Shown piece by piece: positions 57,303 through 64,000 of a stretch of 64,000 nucleotides of DNA (its first letter is position 1; the number at the start of each line of letters is the position of its first letter). The stretch lies in the IMG/VR virus record IMGVR_UViG_3300036772_000271, positions 5,062-69,061 of that record. The stretch is one strand, 5' to 3'. The notes beneath the pieces are model-generated. The model was not told the DNA's origin, did no database searches, and saw nothing but the letters and a program-made list of their open reading frames with translations. Made by a program: the position numbers and the translations under genes. Origin of the DNA: a virus.

Positions 57303-58370
57303 TCAGGTGCGCGTCGTCATCTTCGACACGGCGCGTTGACCGGCCGTCATCTTCGGGCCGGGCACGTACGCCGCCGCCTTCTTCTTGCCGTGCGCGGCCT
57401 TCGCCGGCTCGGCGCTGGCCGTCGTGGGACGGCCGAGGTATGCCTGGTCGGCGGCTGTCAGCGGCCCGACCGGCACGTTCGCCGCGTTCGACTGGCCGCG
57501 CAGCGCTGCCGCGGTCTGCGCGCCGACGATGCCGTCGACGGTGAGGCCGTGCCGGCGCTGAAACGCGCGGACCACCGCCGTCGTCTTCGCGCCGAACTGG
57601 CCGTCGACGGCGGTCCCGCCGACGCGGCGCTGAATCGTCGCGACCTGGCCGCCGGACGCCCCAGCGGCAACCGTCGTCCATTTGCCGCCGCGGCCCCGCG
57701 GGTGCTTCGTCTCGGTGTAGCCGGCGCCGGCCGGTGCGCCGGAGCGTGTCTGAGCGGCGGCTCGCGGCACGCGAGCCACTCTGCGCACCCGTGAGCGCAC
57801 GACTCCGGGGGTCTCGACGCATCGCAAGTCCCACTCCGCGAGGCGATCGCCACGGCTGCCGTCGTGCCAGGCCACGTCGTAGCGGTAGGTGCCGTCGACG
57901 GTGCTGACGTGCTCCGCGACGACCTCGCCGGCACGACCGAGCGCGCCACGGGCGTTCGCCGCTCGGACGTGCGCGCCGACCGTCGGTCGGACTGGGGCGT
58001 CCTCGCGCAGCAGAAGCGACAGGTCGCCGATCTCGTCGGCTGACAGTTCGGTCGCCAGCACGCCGACCGGCGCCTCCTTCAGTCCGCTCGCAGCGTGCGC
58101 CTGCGCCTTGACGCGCTCCCACTCGGCGATCGCCTTCGCCGCTCCGGCCTTCGTCTTGTCGCTGACGGCGTGCCCCTTGCCGTCGTGCCCCTCCGCCCAG
58201 TTCTGGACGATGCCGACGGCCAGGTGCACTGCCTCCGACTCTGGGTGGCCCTCTTCGATGAGGTCGTTCGCGACGTGCTGGATGCCGGCAGGGAGCTGGA
58301 GTCCCTTGTGCTTCCAGAGGCCCTGTCCGGTGTGGCCGACCTTCTCGTGAACGGACGAGCCGACGCCCAC
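57303..58370 (-). CDS. Multi-domain protein with peptidoglycan-binding domain
   Basis: GASGGQVATIQ...VDGQFGAKT..VVRAFQRRHGLTVDGIVGAQT; ETKHPRGRGGKW motif. Confidence 0.75.
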   Translation of the reverse strand: MGVGSSVHEKVGHTGQGLWKHKGLQLPAGIQHVANDLIEEGHPESEAVHLAVGIVQNWAEGHDGKGHAVSDKTKAGAAKAIAEWERVKAQAHAASGLKEAPVGVLATELSADEIGDLSLLLREDAPVRPTVGAHVRAANARGALGRAGEVVAEHVSTVDGTYRYDVAWHDGSRGDRLAEWDLRCVETPGVVRSRVRRVARVPRAAAQTRSGAPAGAGYTETKHPRGRGGKWTTVAAGASGGQVATIQRRVGGTAVDGQFGAKTTAVVRAFQRRHGLTVDGIVGAQTAAALRGQSNAANVPVGPLTAADQAYLGRPTTASAEPAKAAHGKKKAAAYVPGPKMTAGQRAVSKMTTRT

Positions 58371-58374
58371 CGGC

Positions 58375-58644
58375 TCAGAACCCGGGGCTGGACTTCACGG
58401 CGAGCACGTCGACGACGGCCGTCGATCCGCTCACGCCGTAGATCGTGTCGCCGGCCATCGGTAGCACCATCGCGGCGCCGGCCAGCTTGATCGGCGGTCC
58501 CTGCCCGGCAACGACCGCCGGGCCGCCGAGCGTGACATCGGCGCCCGACTCGACGGCCAGGATCACCGTCTCGGGCGCCTCCAGCTGCGCGGCGTAGAGC
58601 AAGACCGGGGTGGTGCCGACGGTGAGGCGCGCGCTGTTGGCCAT
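58375..58644 (-). CDS. Hypothetical protein
   Basis: Beta-rich 89 aa; leaderless TACCGT-N7-ATG. Confidence 0.6.
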   Translation of the reverse strand: MANSARLTVGTTPVLLYAAQLEAPETVILAVESGADVTLGGPAVVAGQGPPIKLAGAAMVLPMAGDTIYGVSGSTAVVDVLAVKSSPGF

Positions 58645-58684
58645 GCGACCAACGGTAGCTCAACGGCGAGCCGGAAAGTGCGCC

Positions 58685-58987
58685 TCAGGCGACGAGTTCG
58701 CCGGTGACGCTCTCGTCCGCGAACGACGACTGATCCATCGCCTCAGCCAGCGCCGCGAGGTACCTCGCGAACCCCGTCTCCCGGCCGACGAAGCACGCGC
58801 ACATCTCGGGCTTCGTGCCGATCAGTGCCGCCCGCCAGCTCCGGCGATGAATCGTGGCGTGCGGAAACGCACGCTCGTGCACCATCAGCGTCCACGCCGC
58901 TTGCCACGCCAACTCGAAGTGCTCGTCGGTCAACTCGACGCCCAGCGCGAGCAACGCCCGCTTCTCGATCGTGAGCAGCTCGACCAT
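58685..58987 (-). CDS. Hypothetical protein
   Basis: MVELLTIEK... Confidence 0.5.
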   Translation of the reverse strand: MVELLTIEKRALLALGVELTDEHFELAWQAAWTLMVHERAFPHATIHRRSWRAALIGTKPEMCACFVGRETGFARYLAALAEAMDQSSFADESVTGELVA

Positions 58988-59009
58988 CCTGGCCGGCGGT
59001 GACGGCCGC

Positions 59010-60317
59010 TTACTCTGCGCCGGCACCTGTCGCCTCGTCCGCCGGAACGTCCAGCGTTCCGTCCGCCGAATCACCGGTGCTTTCGGGCGGATCGGTGGAT
59101 GTTTCCTCGCTGCCGCCGACCGGCGCGTCCGGCGTCCTGTCCGGCCGCCCCGGGATCTCGGCGGGCGCCGGCATCGGCGCGCCCTCAGCGTCGACGACGC
59201 CCTGCACCGTGTCTCGCGTCACCCGCACGGTCTCGCCGCCGGCGAGCTCGAGCACCCCGGGGGCGACAACCGCCTCGATCCTGGTCAGCGCCCCGTCGAC
59301 CATCAGCCGATCACCGGCCTTCAACTCGGCGACGGCGACCGGCCGCACGTCGAGCTCGTCGCCGAGCGTCCGCACCGGCTCCGGGTCGATGCGGGGCGCG
59401 CGCGGCCGCCGCAGGCCGGCCGCGAGGTCGCCGTGGCGAGCCCGGAACCGGCCGGGGCCGGCTGTGCCCTTCCACCAGCGCTCCACTGTCGCCTCGAGCA
59501 ACTCGTCGAGGTCTGGTGTCTCGGTGACCTGGCGGGCGAGCATCGCATCGTCGACGCTGGCGAACGAGTCCGGTGCGATCAGGCCACGCTCGCGTGCCCA
59601 CTCGATCGGCCTCACGCGACAGTCGCACCCGAAATGCAGCGGCGGGTGGTAGCTCGCGAGGACGGAATGGGGCCACACCTTCCCGGCCATCGCAACGCAG
59701 TCCGGGGTGTGCAGCTTGACCTGAGGCGACAGCTGCCAGTAGCCGCCCTCCGGCGATTCCTGCTGAACCTGCCGCTGCTCAGCCGTCCCGAGCGCCCGGT
59801 CAGCGACGGCAGCTTCCCGCATCTCGAGGTACCGCTTCTCGCGGGCCAGGATCGCCCGGACGCGCGCGTCGCGGTCCTGCCGATCGGCGATCGCCATCGC
59901 TGGCGGCAGATCCCGGTCGAGGCGGGCCCGGACGCCGGCCGCGAACAGCTTCTCCGCCTCGGTCTCGGCCGCGACGACTTCGAGGCGCTGTGCGTCGGTC
60001 AGCTCGGGCGCCTCGCTCGAGAGGAGATCGTGGACGTGCGGCTCTTGCTCGGCGCGGCGGCCGGCAAGGAACCGGTCGAACGCGCCGAGGATGCCGGCGG
60101 CGGCGGTCGTGATCGCCTTCGACGCGGCAAGACTCACGGTCGTCGGGGGCGCCGCGCCAACAGCTGCCGTTGCGGCAGTCGTCGCCGCGAGCGCAAGCGC
60201 GGTGGCGACGGCCGGGTGAACGCCCTGGCCGGTGACGATCGGTGTCGCGGTGCCCTGGCCGGCTTGCTGCTGCGCCAAGGTCTCCTGCGCCGTTGGCTGG
60301 CCGGCCCGGGTCGGCAT
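59010..60317 (-). CDS. Head morphogenesis protein (MuF/SPP1 gp7-like)
   Basis: YWQL...HTPDCVAMAGKVW...PPLHFGCDCRV; follows the portal gene. Confidence 0.8.
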   Translation of the reverse strand: MPTRAGQPTAQETLAQQQAGQGTATPIVTGQGVHPAVATALALAATTAATAAVGAAPPTTVSLAASKAITTAAAGILGAFDRFLAGRRAEQEPHVHDLLSSEAPELTDAQRLEVVAAETEAEKLFAAGVRARLDRDLPPAMAIADRQDRDARVRAILAREKRYLEMREAAVADRALGTAEQRQVQQESPEGGYWQLSPQVKLHTPDCVAMAGKVWPHSVLASYHPPLHFGCDCRVRPIEWARERGLIAPDSFASVDDAMLARQVTETPDLDELLEATVERWWKGTAGPGRFRARHGDLAAGLRRPRAPRIDPEPVRTLGDELDVRPVAVAELKAGDRLMVDGALTRIEAVVAPGVLELAGGETVRVTRDTVQGVVDAEGAPMPAPAEIPGRPDRTPDAPVGGSEETSTDPPESTGDSADGTLDVPADEATGAGAE

Positions 60318-60319
60318 CC

Positions 60320-62341
60320 TCAGTGCGGCCCGTTGCCGTTCCCGTTCGCCGCGGCCGGCACCTCACCAAGACGCCGAAGATGATCCGCCGCGACCTGCTC
60401 CACGTCCTGCGAGAACGCCTCCTCGATCGTGCGGCGCCGCTTCGCTGACGCCTGGAGCGCTGCGGCGCGCCGGCCGTGCGGCTCCGGGATCGGCGGCGAC
60501 TCGCGCACGGGCCGCTGCTCGGGCTGCGGCGACTTCTGGCGCGCCCCGCCAGGGTTCTCCGGCGGATGCTGCTGGCCGTCCTGGCCGGTGATCGTGTCCG
60601 CGCCCTCTGGCGGCACGGGGCGCGGCTGCCCCGTCGCCGGGTCGATCTCGCCCTGGCCCATGGCGGCGCCCTGCGCAACGTGCCGCGGTAGCACCTGGTC
60701 AACGATCCGCTGTGGGTCCTGCACGTCGAACGCCTCGGCCAGGATGAACCCGAACAGCCACCGCGATAACTCCGGGTTCGTCGCGTTCGGATCAACAGCC
60801 GTCGCCGTCGTCACCGCCGCGGTCACGAGGTCACCCATCGCGCGTTTCAGCGGCGACGGCAACGTCACGTCAAACCCGAGATCTCGCTTCACCCGGCCGT
60901 CCGGGCCCACCTCGAAATGCAGCTCGTCGCCGGAGTCCTTCGCCGCCGCGATCTCGTCCTGCTCAGCGGACGTCGCGTCCCGCCACTCGTCGAGAACACC
61001 GACACGAATCGCCGCGTCGATCCGCGCCTGAGCGAACGCGCGGAACAGGTCAGCCCACTGCTCCTGGTCCATTTCGATGAACTTCAGCACCGGCAACTCG
61101 ACCGACTGCGCGCCAGCAAGATCAGCGGCCTGCTCACCAAAATACGAGTTGGGGAAAATGCCGGAGCCCTGCGCTCGCAGCTGCGGCGCCGAGGCCGCCA
61201 GGTCGCTTGCGCCCGAGTCGATCTTGAACGGGTCGGCGGTGACCGAGTCGTTCATCTCCAGCACGCCAGGTGCCGCCATCCGCGCAGACGGTGTGCCCGG
61301 GCCCGGCGCGGAGAACTCCTGGGACGCCCCGAACGCCGACGCGCGCCCCGACGCAAGCTGCCCAAGCCGGTCAAGCTCGCGGCCCGGGCCCTTCGCCGTC
61401 ATCTTCATGTAGATCGACGCGGCAGCCTGCATCCGCTGCACGTGGCTTTGGAGCACCTCGTTGTAGGCCGTCCACCACCGGATCATGCGCCGCATCCGAG
61501 GCACACCGAACGCCATGTCCGACGTTTTGTTGAAAGTCAGCGCGTACACCTTGCCGGGCCGCAGCATGTCCGCCGGGGGTGTCAGCGCCTCGCGGCCCCC
61601 GGCCGCGTCGTCCTGCGCGACCATCACCGGGTTGTCGTCGTCGAACGCGCCCCACGCCTCGTAGTACACGACCTTCGGCTTGCCGGCCGGCCCCAATGGC
61701 GTGACGTACCGCGCCTCGCGGTAGTCGTATATGACTACGCGCTCGACGACGCGCCAGTAGAGGATGCGGTACTTGTCCTTCGGATGCCGGATCGCGTCCT
61801 GCACATCCTCGAACGTCAGCAGCGACACGCGGACGGCGCCGTCCTCACCTTCGTCGTGGAACGTGAAGAACACTGTGCTTTGAATCGCAGCGTCGACGCC
61901 TTTCTCGACAAGCTTCGGGAACGACGTCAGCACGCGCTGGTTTGCGACGTCCTGCCACGTCTCGCCGAGGCGGTCTTGCACCTCGTCGTCATGCGCCTGC
62001 GCGATCGGGACACCACGCCCAAACACGAACGACACGTACAGGTCGACCCACTGGCCAGCCATCGGGTCTTCCTGCCACGCCCGCAGCGATTGCGCCGCTG
62101 ACGCGACCCGCGCGATCTGCGGCATGTCCTGCGGCATCCGGCCGGGCGCCGGTGCGCCCGAGTAGTTCATCAGGCTGTAGCTGATGTACTCGAGCGTCTT
62201 GCGCATGATGCGGTTGTCGGACCACGCCGACTCCAGCAGCTCGAGCTTCTCGGCCGGCACGATCTCCCGACCGGTGCGCGTCTCGACGGTCTCGATCAAC
62301 TTCCGGCCGAGACGCGCGACGTCGTCGCGGAACGTGGCCAT
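60320..62341 (-). CDS. Portal protein
   Basis: 673 aa; W.EDPMA..WVDLYVSFVFGRG, FGVP; first gene of the head cluster. Confidence 0.8.
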   Translation of the reverse strand: MATFRDDVARLGRKLIETVETRTGREIVPAEKLELLESAWSDNRIMRKTLEYISYSLMNYSGAPAPGRMPQDMPQIARVASAAQSLRAWQEDPMAGQWVDLYVSFVFGRGVPIAQAHDDEVQDRLGETWQDVANQRVLTSFPKLVEKGVDAAIQSTVFFTFHDEGEDGAVRVSLLTFEDVQDAIRHPKDKYRILYWRVVERVVIYDYREARYVTPLGPAGKPKVVYYEAWGAFDDDNPVMVAQDDAAGGREALTPPADMLRPGKVYALTFNKTSDMAFGVPRMRRMIRWWTAYNEVLQSHVQRMQAAASIYMKMTAKGPGRELDRLGQLASGRASAFGASQEFSAPGPGTPSARMAAPGVLEMNDSVTADPFKIDSGASDLAASAPQLRAQGSGIFPNSYFGEQAADLAGAQSVELPVLKFIEMDQEQWADLFRAFAQARIDAAIRVGVLDEWRDATSAEQDEIAAAKDSGDELHFEVGPDGRVKRDLGFDVTLPSPLKRAMGDLVTAAVTTATAVDPNATNPELSRWLFGFILAEAFDVQDPQRIVDQVLPRHVAQGAAMGQGEIDPATGQPRPVPPEGADTITGQDGQQHPPENPGGARQKSPQPEQRPVRESPPIPEPHGRRAAALQASAKRRRTIEEAFSQDVEQVAADHLRRLGEVPAAANGNGNGPH

Positions 62342-62800
62342 CTAGACCACCACGGGGAGCATCGCCAGCACGGCGCCGGCGGTGAGCGCCCACGTCGCCA
62401 AGCGCGAGCGCGTCACGCGGATGCGATTCGCCGCTCGCCGACTGCGCAATTCTTCGGCCAGCGTCCCGAGTTCCTGGCCGAGCACGTCCGCGACCTCGTC
62501 GGCTGACTGGACCGCGAAGCGCTCCAACGCTTCAGGAGCCAGACCGGACACGGTGACGGTGCTCGTCGTCGCTCGGGCACCGAAGAACGAGGCCAGCACG
62601 AACAGCGCGGCCGCCGGCACGGCGCGCCAGGTGCCGTCGGCGGCTACGGCTAGGACTCCCGCCAGCACCCCGGCGACGTGGATCAGCGCGCCGCGCGCCA
62701 TGGCGACCTCGCCACGGCGTACCTCGAGCGCGAGCGCCCGCCGTGCGATCTCGACGCGCGGGCCGAGGATCCCCGGTCGGCGCTCCTGCTCGGCGGCCAT
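62342..62800 (-). CDS. Three-TM membrane protein
   Basis: Two N-terminal TM helices, soluble linker, C-terminal TM. Confidence 0.6.
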   Translation of the reverse strand: MAAEQERRPGILGPRVEIARRALALEVRRGEVAMARGALIHVAGVLAGVLAVAADGTWRAVPAAALFVLASFFGARATTSTVTVSGLAPEALERFAVQSADEVADVLGQELGTLAEELRSRRAANRIRVTRSRLATWALTAGAVLAMLPVVV

Positions 62801-63175
62801 CTACCGGGCCCGCTCGAGGCCGGCCTGGAGCTTCACGAACTCGCGCAGCTCCGGGTCGATCACGGGCGGCCGGTGCGCCTGGCCGTCGCGCAACTCCGCC
62901 CGGGCCGCCCAGTGCGCTTCCTTCGCAGCCTCCCAGATCGCGCAGCTGGCATAACTCGACGGGGAGCCGGTGACGCCCTGCCCGCAGCAGAAGCCGTGCA
63001 CCGTCCCGGCGTCCCGGGTGCCGCTGAACAGGGCGGAGACCTGGCCGCGCTCCCGGACGCCGCCGATCTCCGCGTCGTCGTTCGTGCGCTCGAGGACTTG
63101 GCAGACGATCGACGGCGCGTCACCTACGGGCCGGACCTCAACGGCGGCCGGGCATACGATCGGAAGGGCAGCCAT
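62801..63175 (-). CDS. Cys-rich hypothetical protein
   Basis: CPA..C..FCC..Y..CAIW; leaderless TACGAT promoter. Confidence 0.6.
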   Translation of the reverse strand: MAALPIVCPAAVEVRPVGDAPSIVCQVLERTNDDAEIGGVRERGQVSALFSGTRDAGTVHGFCCGQGVTGSPSSYASCAIWEAAKEAHWAARAELRDGQAHRPPVIDPELREFVKLQAGLERAR

Positions 63176-63177
63176 GT

Positions 63178-63227
63178 GCGACCGATCGTAGCGCTACGCC
63201 CGGCGCGATAGTGCGACCGCTGGTAGC
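63178..63227. promoter_or_regulatory. Paired operator-like motifs upstream of the portal operon
   Basis: GCGACC GAT CGTAGC and GCGACC GCT GGTAGC, 35 bp apart. Confidence 0.7.
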
Positions 63228-63370
63228 GCAGCGGCTACGCCGTGCGAGCGATCGCCCACACGGCGGCGACCGCCAGCACGGCTACGAACACGACCGATGC
63301 GAGCGCGGCGCCCGTGCCGGCCGCGGACACGACGAGCACCACCACGAACCAGCGGCGCCGGCGAGCCCAC

Positions 63371-63652
63371 CTACTCGCCGGCATCGCTCGCTCCTTCGAC
63401 CGGGCCCCGCCTCGCCGCGTTCCGTGGCCGCCGCGCCGCCGCCGGCACCGGGAGCGGGACGGCGCCGGCCGACGCCGCCGCGGCGAGGACGTCGGCGAAG
63501 TCCGCTGCTTGGATCGTGAACGCCGCCGCGTTCTGCCTCGGCCTCCCACCGGGAAGCTTCAGGCTGAGCGTGCCGTCGTCGTTCGGCTCAATCGTCAGCA
63601 GCACCGTCACGCCGCTGCGCTGCGCCTCGATCTGAAACAGCGCCTTCAGCAT
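63371..63652 (-). CDS. Hypothetical protein
   Basis: 93-aa ORF overlapping the upstream gene end. Confidence 0.5.
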   Translation of the reverse strand: MLKALFQIEAQRSGVTVLLTIEPNDDGTLSLKLPGGRPRQNAAAFTIQAADFADVLAAAASAGAVPLPVPAAARRPRNAARRGPVEGASDAGE

Positions 63653-64000
63653 GCCGTGCCGTCCTGGCCGGCAACCATCCGCTCGAGCAAGTCGAACGCG
63701 GCGACCTTGAGCGACTGGCGCACCGGCGCGAACTTCTCGCCGAAGATCTCGTCGAACTTCTTGCGGGCGGCGTCGCGAGCAGCGTAGTAGATGGTCCAGT
63801 AATCGGCCTCGGCGGCCCCGGCGGCCACGGCGGCCTCGGCGGCCCCGGCGGCCCCGGCGGCCTCGGCGGCCCCGGCGGCCACGGCGGCCCCGGCGGCCAC
63901 GGCGGCCTCGGCGGCCTCGGCGGCCACGGCGGCCTCGGCGGCCTCGGCGGCCCCGGCGGCCCCGGCGGCCTCGGCGGCCCCGGCGGCCACGGCGGCCCCG
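63646..64000 (-). CDS. Alanine-rich repeat protein, C-terminal part (5' end outside window)
   Basis: AA(G/E/V) repeats then ...SLKVAAFDLLERMV. Confidence 0.65.
   Translation of the reverse strand, partial: GAAVAAGAAEAAGAAGAAEAAEAAVAAEAAEAAVAAGAAVAAGAAEAAGAAGAAEAAVAAGAAEADYWTIYYAARDAARKKFDEIFGEKFAPVRQSLKVAAFDLLERMVAGQDGTAC
63806..64000. repeat. 9-bp tandem repeat array (GGCGGCCHC)
   Basis: About 21 contiguous units ggcggcctc/ggcggcccc/ggcggccac running off the window end. Confidence 0.9.

Noticed and set aside
59200-59350. Intein or toxin domain at the MuF C-terminus (VAELKAGDRL)
   Set aside because: No N-terminal Cys/Ser block or HN terminus, and no recognisable toxin motif.
420-63787. Many long plus-strand ORFs (e.g. 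17562-19409, 24046-25857, 30297-32288, 44235-46019)
   Set aside because: Arg/Pro/Ala-rich shadow frames of minus-strand genes in high-GC DNA, with no motifs or RBS.
63806-64000. CRISPR array
   Set aside because: Contiguous 9-bp coding tandem repeat without spacers.

Overview
A high-GC, densely coding, almost entirely minus-strand stretch of a temperate tailed phage with a contractile (myovirus-like, PBSX/Xkd-type) tail. Leaderless TANNNT promoters and the gene families suggest an Actinomycetota host (inference). Read along the minus strand (right to left), the order is: portal, MuF-like head protein, protease/scaffold, capsid cement, major capsid, head-tail joining, sheath, tube, frameshifted tail chaperone, tape measure, baseplate, S74 tail fibre, lysis cassette (M15 peptidase, holin, amidase), RecT-like/DnaQ/PD-(D/E)xK recombination genes, replication initiator, resolvase, SSB, accessory genes, Xis, tyrosine integrase, attP, GpA-type large terminase, then a second fibre/glycoside-hydrolase/TylF module. 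Non-coding highlights: (1) about 25 copies, counted by eye, of a palindromic 15-bp motif GYKACC-N3-GGTMRC at gene starts across the window, often embedding the -10 hexamer; (2) an attP carrying the 5' half, not the 3' half, of tRNA-Ser(UGA); (3) a G-GGA-AAA -1 frameshift. All product calls come from motif recognition and synteny; no database searches were run. Start codons were adjusted by eye.
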